This document shows positions 37,504 through 49,715 of a DNA stretch of 64,000 nucleotides, piece by piece (position 1 is the stretch's first letter; each line of letters begins with the position of its first letter). Source of the DNA: Podarcis gaigeae (lineage: Eukaryota). The notes below the pieces were generated by a model. That model ran no database searches and had not been told where the DNA came from. It saw only the letters and a program-made list of their open reading frames with translations. The position numbers were made by a program, and so were the translations under genes. The stretch lies in assembly GCA_964106915.2 (NCBI GenBank), contig OZ066919.1, one strand, 5' to 3'.

Positions 37504-39158
37504 CTCGGTGTAGAGATTAAATGCTGCCGCCCTGATATGGCTAACAGGCAAGCCATATTTTGCTGTTTTTTTATAGAAGCCTTCTTTGCGCAGAGAAAAG
37601 AGCAATCATGGTTATTACTGTTCTCCTTTTCTATATCAGAAACTGGGGCCAAAGAAAGCAAATTTTCCTCTGGTCCGAGGTGTGAGGAGCAATGAGTGGT
37701 GCAAAGGCTTGTGTTGTATTAGCCTATTGCATCCACAAAGGCATTGACTATGCAGTGGAAGACAAGCCTAGTAAACGTGTTTGTTTACTAGGAAGTACGG
37801 TATGTCCTGCTGTTTTCAATGGAGCCAGCTCCCAAGCCAGGGTGCACAGGATGGCGGTCTTACCGCCCCAATCCTTTTACTCAGAAGTAAGTCCTACTCA
37901 TTTTAAGTGTTTATCCTTATTTCCCAGGTCTGCTAGCCTCTGCGCGCTTTTCTTAGGAGGACATCAGCTGTTACTATCTCTGAGTAAGAGCACATATGAC
38001 CGGGCTACGTAACTGGGAATCAGGATCAGCGCCCCTCGTCTTTCACGTCGCCTTTGGAGACGAAATATAGCCAAACTATTCCACATTAGGAACTAAGCAC
38101 TGTAGATCTCAGTGGAGTGTTACTCTTGAGTAAGCATGCATGTGGCTCAGGCTGCACACAGGAAGCATTACAGGACCCGATCCCGGAGTCAGTGCAACCT
38201 TCCCCCGTCCCGAGGTGGGGTTGGGGTATATAGTTCCTGGCAGAAATACAGCCAAGCTCATACTGATGCCCCACCTCTTTCTTAAGGCGCTTGATTTCAC
38301 TACCGTTTTGCAACGAACACGTGTCTTCCACTGACTCGAGTTCGAATCCCACCAACAGTTGTCACTTAGTTCCATTCATTTGCATCATGGTCCGAGATTC
38401 CTCCCCTCACCCTAGCAAAGCTTGTTTGTCCCTAATCCAATTTGCCTGTGACCTTTTCTTTTTCTTTTAAGATATTGTCATTGCAGTGAGAACTGCATGC
38501 ATAAAAAAAAAGTACAGGAGGTTTGAAGGCCGTTCAGGATTTGCAGCCTCTTCCAAATGTGGCGTCTAATTCTGCTCCTCCTGCATTCTCGAGGTGTGGT
38601 TGTAGCCGCCGCTGCCGAGACCCCTTCAGTGCAAATCAGATTATTTTGTTTGATCTTCCAGTTTTGCTGGAGCTATTGCTAACCGCTGTAGAGAGATTTG
38701 CATTGCTCCGGGTTTGCTCTCCCTGCAGGGCAGAGAAGGGAACGACTAACAAGGTTTTGCCCCAGAATTAAACAAGACGAGCAGGAAACGCAACGGGGGA
38801 TCGCGATGGAAGGGAGGGTGTAGCAGATGATGCTTGCGCCTGGGACTATAGAGGATCCCACTGGAACCATTTAAGACAGGCCTGGCTCAAAGTCAGATCA
38901 CTTTTGGAATTGGGGCTTAGTAAATATATATACACAGAGAGAGACTTGTGAATGAACTCCACTGGATTGAGTGTGATTTAAGTCTAAGCAAGCCAGAATT
39001 GGATCGGGCGCAAGTTTATGCGCTCCTCCTTGGAAGTAACCTCTATTGAACCCAGTGGGGCTGCCTTCTACATATGCACAAAAACCTGCTTTATGGCTGC
39101 AATCGTTTTGTACACTTACAGTCTGCATAATATTTATTTTATACGCAAAGAAATCTCA

Positions 39159-39294
39159 CATAGAATGATTGGAAGGGACCATAAGGGTCATCTAATTTAA
39201 CTCCCTGCAATGCTGGAATTTTTTTCTCCCAACGTGGAGCTCGAACCCACGACCCTGAAATTAAGAGTCTCATGCTTTTACCGACTGAACTATC
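39159..39294 (-). mobile_element. tRNA-Lys(CTT)-headed SINE with CR1 3' tail
   Basis: Reverse complement gatagttcagtcggtaaaagcatgagactcttaatttcagggtcgtgggttcgagctccacgttggg follows tRNA-Lys-CTT, then attccagcattgcagggagtt...ttccaatcattctatg. Confidence 0.8.
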
Positions 39295-39680
39295 TTATTG
39301 CAGTTAATGGGACTTAGTCCCTGAGAAGTGTGTGCAAGATCGCAGCCTTACTTGGCAGTAACCGCATTAAATTCAGTGGGACTTCCGAGCAAACGGGCTT
39401 TAGATGTGCACGAATGGGTTTGCGTGTGTGCAAATAAACCTAGTCCAACATGACTGATACTCAGAGTGGATCCACTGAAATCAAAGGACTTGACGTTAGT
39501 CATAGCCAGAGCAGACCTATTGCAACCATTGATTTCAAAGGGTCTACTCTGAGCAAGACTCAGTCGGATCTTACCCCCGATTTTCGGTGCGTGTGTGTGT
39601 GTTCACCATAAAAACTCCTCAGGAAAACCTCCCCCCCCCCAGAGATGCCCGTCTGATCAACTTTTGCAATCCAGTAGATC

Positions 39681-40092
39681 GGCCACGACTGGACCTAATG
39701 GTCAGGGGTCCCTTTAAAGGTAAAGGTACCCCTGCCCGTACGGGCCAGTCTTGACAGACTCTGGGGTTGTGCGCCCATCTCACTTAAGAGGCCAGGGGCC
39801 AGCGCTGTCCGGAGACACTTCCGGGTCACGTGGCCAGCGTGACATCGCTGCTCTGGCGAGCCAGAGCCGCACACGGAAACGCCGTTTACCTTCCCGCTGC
39901 TAAGCGGTCCCTATTTATCTACTTGCACCCGGAGGTGCTTTCGAACTGCTAGGTTGGCAGGCGCTGGGACTGAGCAGCGGGAGCGCACCCCGCCGCAGGG
40001 ATTGAACCGCCGACCTTTCGATTGGCAAGTCCTAGGCGCTGAGGCTTTAACCCACAGCGCCACCTGCGTCAGGGGTCCCTTTACCTTTACCT
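39681..40092 (+). mobile_element. Short Sauria SINE 3' stub split by an antisense Sauria SINE
   Basis: ggccacgactggacctaatggtcaggggtcccttta ... cctttacctt; outer flanks tagatc on both sides. Confidence 0.7.
39717..40070 (-). mobile_element. Full-length CpG-rich Sauria SINE
   Basis: aaggtaaagg tail to cccacagcgccacctgcgtc head; duplicated gtcaggggtcccttta at 39701-39716 and 40068-40083. Confidence 0.9.
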
Positions 40093-43000
40093 TAGATCAT
40101 GCACAGTACTGGTTAGCCTTGAAGGAGCCAGGTTGGCAACATTATTAGGATGAGCTGGGGATTGCGAGATAACCGCTCCTAGCTGTGTTTTAGGTTTTAA
40201 TGTGATTTTTTAAAAAACATTTTTTAAAAAAATATTTTAACTTGGCGAAACGCCCGCATGTCGCTCGAGCAAGCTGGTTCCGCGGGTTGATTGACAGCGC
40301 AAGGTCACCGAGCTCTTCTGGGCGATGGGTGTCAAGTTTCAAGAGCAGACAGATAAAGCTGCCGGAAAGCTCTTTTCTGCCCCCCCCCGCCCTTTCCCTG
40401 CTTCTTCTCGCCTTGTTCTTTTTGGCATGGCGGAAGAACCCTCTTCAGACCCAGAAAGCAAGGACAACGGGCACTCTGCCCTACCTGCGCAGTTTATGCG
40501 TAGACATTGCTTTTTTCCTGCTTAGCTGCGACGCTGCGAAAAGAAGGCTTTGGTCGGGTTGACCAAATCCCAGCCGAGCTGTAAAGCTCAGGAATTTTGT
40601 CTCCCACCTTTTAGAACCAGGGGCTTGCAAAGTTTCTGCTGCTTTCAAACAACAGTGGTAAATGTTTCAAACACAGCAGGTAAGGTTTAAAAAGTTCAGG
40701 TCCATTTTGTATATTTAAGGGGCGGATTTACACCCTCCCTTAAATATATTAAGGGTTCAATCCTATGTAGATGTCTGCTCAAAACCATGTCTGACTACAT
40801 TCAGTAAGGGAGCACATTCGGATAAGAGGGTTTATAATTGCAGCCCATCTCCAATAAATGAAAGAAGAAACTTAACCTTTAGTATTATTTTTACTACATT
40901 TGCTCCTCTCTCCCCCCTTTATGGTTGAGGGTAGGCTTAGGCTGTGTGTGTGTAAGTGTCACTGAACTCAGTGCAACTTACTACTAAGTAGGTAAGCAAG
41001 CAGTGGGATGCAGCAGAAACGCCCCTCCCCCTTCCGGAGGGGACAGAAAGGGCAAGACATATGGGCAAATAGTGTGTGGGGGGGGAAATATTAATGACAG
41101 GAGTTCATTATAACAGGGGAGGGTAAATTGGGGGAGAGCTTCTTGTTGGAGGTGTGTGGCCTCCCTGCATGGTCCATGCATGCATAAGTTTGCACTGCAC
41201 AATTTTTGCTTTCCCTTTGACTATATGCCTCCATGAATTAGTCTCTCTCCCTCCCCCCCCCACTCCATTCCAATATGTTCTGTAAGGTGGACTTCTAGAA
41301 TGCAACACTGGCTGGCTGTTTTATATAATGCAGAGGGAAGGCTTCTGTGCTTGCTTTTCTCGCCGTTTAGAACAGCACCTTAAATAAATGATACGCTTCT
41401 TGGACCAAGGCAGGAGCAAACCTTCTGCACAGCTGTGCTCTTGGAATGGAGGAACCCTTTTCTATGCTGCATGCTTTCCTCTGCACAGTGGCAATTCAGA
41501 AGTGTTAAAGGAATAGCAGAAGGATATACAGCGGACCCATGCTTGACAATGATTTCCTGATGTTTCTGCTTCGCATGGCCATAATTAGAATAAGTGTATT
41601 GCAATTACAGAAGAGGAACTCATATGTAAGGCAAAAGGGACCGACACAGACTCCCCTCTCCTTTCTCTCCTCGCTTTGCTCAAGCAGTTAGGAGCAGCTT
41701 TTAGCGAGAAAGATCTGCCCTTTGAATGTATTTTATTCCCCCTTTTAAAGTTTCATTACTTCTCTCAAGCTCCCCCAACCTCCCAATGCGAAATGCGATG
41801 TTTCCACGCTCTGTACATGTGCTCCCTTAAAAGATTTGTTTAGCTAAGGAAACCGCTGCTAAGCGGCGAGAAAGGAATTAAATGTATAGAATGATAAGCT
41901 GCTGCTAAGACGTATAAGAACACTTAAATTAATAATAAGGACTTGTTCTGAGGCAAAATTCAATTTTGCTTCCTATTATGCAATCTTTGCATGTAAAGTT
42001 GCTTTAATGCAAAATAGCAGCTCATCAAAAATTCTGTTTTATTGGTATCAAAAATTTATGATATCCTGAGGCATGAGGGGCCAGGGCACAAGGCAGGCAA
42101 GCCATGTCCTTTTAGCAAGTTTAGTGCTTTCTGAAAAGCAATGTATTTCAAACTTGGGGGGAAATTATTCCTGAGATGAAGGTATGGTGGTGGGGAAGTT
42201 TCGGTTGTGGTAAGGCTGCTTGCACGAGAAAGCCACTGAATACTGACAGTCAGTAAGCCAAATATATTCTTTCGGCAGAGTTCAGAGATGTCACAGGCAG
42301 CTGCTATTATTGGTTGGAGAAGGAAGAAAGGGGTCTTCTGAAGTGTTACTTGGAAATCTTCAGTTTCCCAGCCTATATCAACAATTGTATATGCTCTCTG
42401 ACCCATTTATCAGTAAATATGAATGTCTGCAGAAATGTATGAATGCAAGGGGCCAGACCTAGACTTGCTCATGCTTAGAATGGGCCCACTAAAATCAACG
42501 CGACTTCTTAGTCATAACTAATTTGTCCTATTCATTTAAATGGGTCTACCTGAAGCACAATTAAGTCTGGTTCCAACCCAAGCTGTCCAAAAATGTGTCT
42601 GATTTTTATTTATTTATCTTTATAAAAAAAGCTTCACGTGCTTTTCTGTGCTATCTTTATTTCTCTCTTAGTACCATGCTGTAAAGCACTGTGCAAGAAA
42701 ACCTCACAACACACTCTCAACAGCCTCATGAGGGTAGGTAATCAATATAAGAATCTAATCATTTTGCTGGTAGATTTAAGCTGATAGTGGCTCCTTCTGG
42801 CTGCAGGGGGATCCATGGAAAAAGTGAGCCTGGAACCCTGGTTTTCCATGTAGTGGAGCAAAATGAGTTGGAGCAAGGCCTGCAATGTTCTCCAAAACAG
42901 TAGGCTAGTTTCTACACCCACCCAGACACCCCTCACTGTTCTCCAGACAAAAGGCATTATCAGAGTCCAAGGACACATTCCTGCCAGGCGACAACAGTCA

Positions 43001-43146
43001 AGGACTGTGGCCTGGTGCGAGATGTTGTGGCTAAGGATGGTTGTGCATGTGATGTGGGGAGAGTCCTGAAGGCCAGGATCCTCAACTCTGGTCTAATGTG
43101 AGATATGCTGATTCAGAAATCTGTCTAGAAGCCAAGCTTTCTGATC

Positions 43147-43305
43147 AATGCTCTCCCACCAGATGTCAAAGAGAACAACTACCAGACTTTTAGAAGACAT
43201 TTGAAGGCAGCCCTGTTTAGGGAAGCTTTTAATGTATGATGGACTGCTATATTTTAATATTTTGTTGGAAGCCACCCAGAGTGATGGGCAGGGTATAAAT
43301 ACAAA

Positions 43306-43352
<47 letters not shown>
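43147..43352 (+). mobile_element. L2 3' end with (ATT)n tail
   Basis: Reverse complement of 1-140; ends gggtataaat..(att)n. Confidence 0.75.
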
Positions 43353-43354
<2 letters not shown>

Positions 43355-43355
<1 letters not shown>

Positions 43356-43580
43356 AGTGGTACCTCAGGTTAAGTACTTAATTCGTTCCGGAGGTCCGTA
43401 CTTAACCTGAAACTGTTCTTAACCTGAAGCACCACTTTAGCTAATGGGGCCTCCTGCTGCTGCCGTGCCGCCGGAGCACGATTTCTGTTCTCATCCTGAA
43501 GCAAAGTTCTTAACCTGAAGCATTATTTCTGGGTTAGCGGAGTCTGTAACCTGAAGAGTATGTAACCCAAGGTACCACTG
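43355..43580. mobile_element. Tc1/mariner (pogo/Tigger-like) MITE
   Basis: TIR cagtggtacct / aggtaccactg, TA target duplication, internal ttaacctgaa repeats. Confidence 0.9.
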
Positions 43581-44744
43581 TATTATTATTATTATTATTA
43601 TCTAAGAGGCACATGGAAGGGCTGGTTGTCAACACCCTGTGGTAAGGAAACACAGTTTCCCAGAGATAGTTCCATCTTTATTGCTTCTTCCAGTGAGCCA
43701 TGAGGATTGGAAACAATATCTGATGCCCAGCTTAGAAAGGTGGCCTTCCATTCTGCACTGCACTCGATGTAATAGCAGAATTAGTGCCCACGTACTGGTG
43801 GAAATGGAGCTGAGTTTGGGCTGCTGAGAAACAAGAGGAAGGCATCCTGTTGTTTACAGATTTGTTTTTTTTAATCGAACCCTGCCACAAATAAAACAGA
43901 AAGAGACACCCCCCATGCATCCTAAGAGCCAAATGAGCATTGAGCATTCTCAGTGGACACAGGCACCAATGAATGCCAGCTAGATAAGAAAAAGTGAAGG
44001 CAGGGTGGGGTGGGGAAAATGAAAGGGCAGTTGGGCTGCTGGAACTCCCAACAGCTTGTGTCCCGGAGGGTAGCATGGCTGGCTGGCTGGCATGAACAGG
44101 AGTGCTCTATTTAGTGGAGGGTGTTACACGGCAACATTTTGTTCTACTTTTAGCACTGGGTGTAATGAAAGACTTATTTCTGTTGCTCTTTTTGTCTGAC
44201 AGTTCTATGTAAAGACCCCTTTAACGGCAGACTTACAAACACCACACATTTGTACTGGGCACCTGCTGCCCAGTCAGCTGATCTGGATATCAGTGGTGCT
44301 GATCAGTGGTTTGGAGGGCCTGCATCCAGTTATGGGTCCAGGGACCCCTTAATTGACCCGGGTGCTTTGTTTGCTGGGAGTGTTCCTAGGCAGAACCTCA
44401 TGCATACAGGTAGACAGGTTGCTTGGGGATTTTGTGGCACATCAACAGTTAAATTATATTCTGCCACATGCAGATAGAAGTAGAAATTTCAGAGTTCAGA
44501 AACTCCTAAGTGATTCACACATGGTCTGGGAAATCAGCTTTCTATGCATTGTTGCTATGACTATATTATAATATATACATAATAAAGGGTATAATAAATA
44601 TATAAAAAATATTCTGGAGATACAAGTCTAAGCAAGGACACACTAAGCAGAATCAAGCCTTCACGATGTTTGTTTCTAACCTACTGACTGTCTTATTTCC
44701 TTCTTTATCATTCAGAGCTCAGTTTAAAAATTGCTTTATACATT

Positions 44745-44880
44745 GTCTTGTCCGCACAACAACCCTCATGAGAAAGGTTACTATTGTTCTTATTTTGCAG
44801 ATGGGGAAACTTGCTGAAGGCCATCCAGTGAAACCATTGCTGCATTGGGGAGAGTGTTTTGGATGAACTTGGCCCATGGG
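44745..44880 (-). mobile_element. MIR/Ther1 CORE-SINE remnant
   Basis: cacaacaaccctcatgag...attttgcagatggggaaact. Confidence 0.6.
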
Positions 44881-45414
44881 ATTGCACTAATGTCCTCTTT
44901 ACAGCATGTGGCTATTAGGACTCTAGTAGTGCCCTGCACATCATGGTGACCAAGGACTAGGAGAAGAAGCTAAATGGATCGCAAACCTACTTGAAGAGCA
45001 CGATGAAAAATGGCTGAATCATCAGCTGTGTCTTCCTCACTTTGGATCCTTCTGCCATTTTGGGGTTTCTCCATTCGCCCCCCTCAAAGTACAATGTTAT
45101 TTTCAAGGGCAAGTTCATTTCAGACTCTGGATGGGGGTACCTTTTGTAAATTTCTCCCATGTTAAAAAATAATAATAATCAAATATTTGCCTCCCTTCTC
45201 CCCACCAAAAAAAGTGCATCAGGGACAAAGATTGTAGACCAGCCTGCTGCTGGCAGTGCTAGTTTTGTATGTCCAGAGGTTTCTTTCATATTTTTTAAAA
45301 AAGAATACAAGGGAACATTGTTTATAACTGTGGTTCCCCCATTTGTATTTGAAGTGGTATACTCCATTCTACCACCTCATTACACCACCATCTCATTCGG
45401 CTACATGGGCAGAC

Positions 45415-45563
45415 CAGGCCTTAGGCAAGTTACTTTCTCTCAGACTCAGTGTCTCCCCTCAATTCTGTAATATGGGGATAATGCTTGGTTGTTAGGCAGG
45501 ATTGCTGAGCTGATGAATGTGTAGTGCTTTGAACTCTCTAAGCACTATATAAATGCTATTATT
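45415..45563 (+). mobile_element. MIR/Ther1 CORE-SINE remnant
   Basis: ccttaggcaagttact...ctcagtgtctcccc...ctgtaatatggggataat...aagcactatataaatgctattatt. Confidence 0.65.
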
Positions 45564-46722
45564 AGCACAAAACACAAAGACACAATGTGTCATTCCGTCC
45601 ACTCCAAAATATACCTGATTCACAATCTCTAATAAAGGTGAATCACAGGTAAGAATTGTGCGTCATTTATAAAATGAAAAGAGCCAGAGTTGAAGCCTGT
45701 CTTAAAGCCAGATTGTATGACGGGAATCAACTCTATTGTTAGAAAGCTTAATGATCGTAATGGTGAATGGAAGACACTTTGTACGTGTTTCAGTGTGCTC
45801 TTATCTTGATTATTTATGAATGTCTATGATGCAGGTATATGTCCTGACATTGAAAACAGGTTCTGAAACTAAGCCTGGTGAGTCTTAACTAAAATAAAAC
45901 CCAGAATAAGAGTTAAATTTGCACTCAGAAGAAGGCTGTGTAGTAATGTCACCCAGTTCCATAATTTATGAAGCAATTTGGATCACACTTAAACATAGCA
46001 GACTTATCATCTTGTCTCTGGAATAGAATTTAAAGACATTGTTTATAATAAATCATTGTAACTCTACATCTTTTGTCTCTTCTTTAATCTGTATCCAGTT
46101 GTACTTTACTGTAAATACATCATAATTACCGGTGTCTGGTGTTTATGTATGCAACAGCTGATAGGTGACACTCTTTTGTTTAATCGTCTGCACAGTAAGC
46201 AAAGGGGTCTCTGCTGCAAATAAAAAATCAAATCAAATCAAAGATAAATGTGGTACTTGGAGGGTTAAACAAGGTCTCAGAATCTGAGTAAATATTTATA
46301 TGAAGTGCTCAAAGAAGGGAAAGGAGGGGCAAAAAGCCCCTCTTAATATAACTAAATATAAATTACAGAGCTTTATATTAGCTGTCAAATTATTCTAGCT
46401 CTTGTATTCAAGTACTTATTCCACTGGTAATGCTACATGCGACATGCAGGTTTATGCCTTGTTGCAAGGCTTGGCAAGTAATTAAACTAAATTGTTTGGA
46501 GGTTTGCACAGATTTATCCAGTCCGTGGAAGAGACAAGCAACCTGTTAACTTGACGGTTACTACAAGGGCATCATTCTCCATCACCACTTAAAGGCAGGA
46601 ATGAAAGCAAGCAAGAAAATGGTTCGTCTGTACTGAACTGCGCATATAACTTCAGATCCTTCATCAATGGCCTATTTGGGACAGAGACTGTTTCCTTTGG
46701 TTTGAGAAGAAGGAACAAGATA

Positions 46723-47487
46723 TACTACTACTACTACTACTACTACTAAATTTTTATTTATACCCCGCCCTCCCCAGCCAAGGCCGGGCTCAGAGCGGCT
46801 TACAAGCAATAATAAAAACAAGATGAATGATTACAACTTAAAAACAAATAAAATACAACATTAAAATAATGGAACATTAAAATATTAAAATGTAGCCTCA
46901 TCGCAGGAGGAGAAGGAAAAGAAAGGAAAAAAGAGAGAGGGAGGGAATCAAATTGGCTCCAAGCCAAAGGCCAGGCGGAACAACTCTGTCTTACAGGCCC
47001 TGCAGAAAGAAATCAGATCCTGCAGGGCCCTGGTCTCATGAGGCAGAGCGTTCCACCAGGCCGGAGCCAGAGTTGAAAAGGCCCTGGCTCTGGTTGAAGC
47101 CAATCTAACTTCCTTAGGGCCTGGGACCACTAGGGTGTTGTTATTTATGGACCTTGAGGCTCTCCGTGGGGCATACCAGGAGAGGCAGTCCCGTAGGTAC
47201 GAGGATCCTAGGCCGTGAAGGGCTTTAAAGGTCAAAAGCAGCACCTTAAATCTGACCCTGTACTCCACCGGGAGCCAGTGCAGCTTGAAAAGCACTGGGT
47301 GAATATTCTTCCAATGCAGAGACCCCGTGAGGAGCCTCGCTGCAGCATTCTGTACCCGCTGGAGTTTCTGGGACAGCTTCAAGGGCAGCCCCGCATAGAG
47401 CGAATTACAGTAGTCAAGCCTGGAGATGACCGTCGCATGGATCACTGTGGCCAGGTCGGGGCCGGAAAGGTAAGGGACCAACTGCTT
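46723..47487 (-). mobile_element. L2 LINE, 5'-truncated, with open ORF2 C-terminus and (TAG)n tail
   Basis: ORF 46948-47556 gives SRLDYCNSLYAGLP...LQRVQNAAARLL...LHWLPVEYRVRFKVLLLTFKALHGL...RAFSTLAPAWWNALP; (TAC)n at 46723-46748. Confidence 0.9.
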
Positions 47488-48028
47488 GTGGAAATTGTTA
47501 ATAAAGCTGAAACAAATTTGACACTCTCTGAATGCAGGTGTCAAATTTTCATTCAATGAGTGGGACCTACCAAAAAAAGAGAGAAAGTGGAGTGCTATTG
47601 TTCAGGATTCCAGCTCTAAGAAAAGCTTGCTGGATCAGGCCAATGGGCCATCAAGCAGGTCCATTCCTAAATTTTATCAACAAAACAGCTATGTGAAGTA
47701 GATTAAGCTGTGGGAGAGTCATAAGTCCACAGTCACTGAGCAAGCTTCATAACTTAGCAGAGGGCTGAAGAACCAGGCTCCGTACAAAAATAATCTATGG
47801 TTTCCCAATGACAGATTTTTTCTTCATGTGGGAAAGTTCCAGAACCCATAATTCCCACCCAAAATTCCCAGAAGCACGGCACAATGGCTGGGCAGACTCC
47901 AGGCTTGAGAGATCTACTTTGGATGGCTTGCTGTAAGATCTAGGTACAAAATAATGTCTGGGGTTGGGGAGGCTCAGCTTAAGAATTTGTTTTCAGAACT
48001 AGAACTGATCTCATTGTCTTCTCAACTC

Positions 48029-48270
48029 CAGTGTGGTGTAGTGGTTAAGAGCGGTAGACTCGTAATCTGGGGAACCGGGTTCGTGTCTCCGCTCCTCCAC
48101 ATGCAGCTGCTGGGTGACCTTGGGCTAGTCACACTTCTTTGAAGTCTCTCAGCCCCACTCACCTCACAGAGTGTTTGTTGTGGGGGAGGAAGGGAATGGA
48201 GATTGTTAGCCGCTTTGAGACTCCTTAGGGTAGTGATAAAGTGGGATATCAAATCCAAACTCTTCTTCTT
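48029..48270 (+). mobile_element. Squam3-like SINE
   Basis: Near-identical to 10351-10596. Confidence 0.85.
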
Positions 48271-48298
48271 GTTTTCCCCAAACAGGATCAGAACTTTT

Positions 48299-48630
48299 AT
48301 AGAATCATATAATTGTAGAGTTGGAAGACACACCAAGGGTTGAACCCCCTGCAATCACGGCTAGAGAATCCCAGTCAGATGGCCATCCAACCTCTGAACC
48401 TCCAATGAAAGAGATTCTGCCACTTTTGGAGGGAGTGCCTTCCACTCTTACTGCCAGAGTCCGCCACTTTTGGAGGAAGTCCATGAACAGCTCTTACTGC
48501 CAGAAAGTTCTTCCTGATGTTTAGTTGGAATCTCCTTTCTTGTAACTTGAAGCCATTGGTTCAAGTCCTACCCTCCGGAGTAGCAGAAAACAAGCTAGCT
48601 CCATCTTCCATGTGTTGGCTATGATATCAC
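48299..48630 (-). mobile_element. CR1 LINE 3' fragment
   Basis: atagaatcat...gagttggaag...gatggccatccaacctctg...agaaagttcttcctgatgttt. Confidence 0.75.
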
Positions 48631-49309
48631 GAGCCAAGCTGAGGTAATTGTTTTAATCAGGGAGTGTGTGTGACGAATTGCCCTAACTCCTCTGTCTGCT
48701 TACCTCCCACTTTCTTGCTCTGGCTACCCACTCAGCTACCACTGGCTACCCACTCAGCAAGGCTTTCAGTCTCCCCCTCCTCCCTGCCTTGCTCAGTGAA
48801 AGGCCTCAATGAGTCCCAGCAAAGTGGCTCGGCCAAGTTCTCTGCTGCCATGGTTCACCTTCACAAGTAGAAATGCTGTTGAATCATAGTAAAAAGCAGC
48901 CTTTTTTAAAAAAACAAAAAAAACCCCAAGTTTACTTTTAACTAAGTATGCCTGGAAAAACTTTCCCCTGATCAATTTTGAGATGCGGTAAAATTGTTTT
49001 AAAAACCCCAACAAAAGCCCTATTCAGAAGGAAGTTGGCAGCTCTATGTAGTCAACTCTAAGTTGTTCTGTGAAACGCTTGAGACCTTTGGGTACAGGGC
49101 GGTATATAAATTCAATAAACAACAAAAAACAATAATAACAACAACTATAATAGTCCCTAAATTGAGCCCAGAGCATAATGTGAAGACAATCTTTTAGTCT
49201 TCACATTTGAACAAATACACACACTTACACACATACACAAACATACATATATAAATTTTGGACAAATGTATCTATTTCCTGCGATACTACGATTTTTCCC
49301 ACTTATCTC

Positions 49310-49715
49310 AGAAGCTGTGTTATACTGTGTCAGATCACTGGCCAATCTACCTCAGTATTGTATACCTCAGGGGTAGGCAATCTAAGGCCCGGGGGCCTTC
49401 TCAATCCAGCCCATGGACGGTCTGGGAATCCGCATGTTTTTATATGAGTAAAATGTGTCCTTTTATTTAAAATGCATCTCTGGATTATTTGTGGGGCATA
49501 GGAATTTGTTCAGTATTTTTTCCCCAAAATATAGTCTGGCCCACCACATGGTCTGAGGGACGGTGGACCAGCCCATGGCTGAAAAAGGTTGCTGACTCCT
49601 GGTATACACTGACTGGAGGCAGTTCTCCAGGCCAGCTCTACCTAGAGAATGCCAGGGCTTGAGCCAGAGATCTTTTTGCATGCTGAGCAGTGGCTCTGCC
49701 ACCAAGTTTGATACA
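49310..49715 (-). mobile_element. Squam2-like SINE interrupted by a hAT MITE
   Basis: ttatactgtgtcagatcactgg...cagtattgtatac | actgactgg...tgcatgctgagcagtggctctgccac. Confidence 0.6.
49368..49601 (+). mobile_element. OposCharlie1-like hAT MITE, copy 2
   Basis: caggggtaggcaa...gctgactcctg; aligns to 3458-3705; flanks gtatacct / gtatacac. Confidence 0.8.

Noticed and set aside
46948-47556. 202-aa ORF as a host gene
   Set aside because: Truncated L2 ORF2 with a chance upstream ATG in flanking DNA
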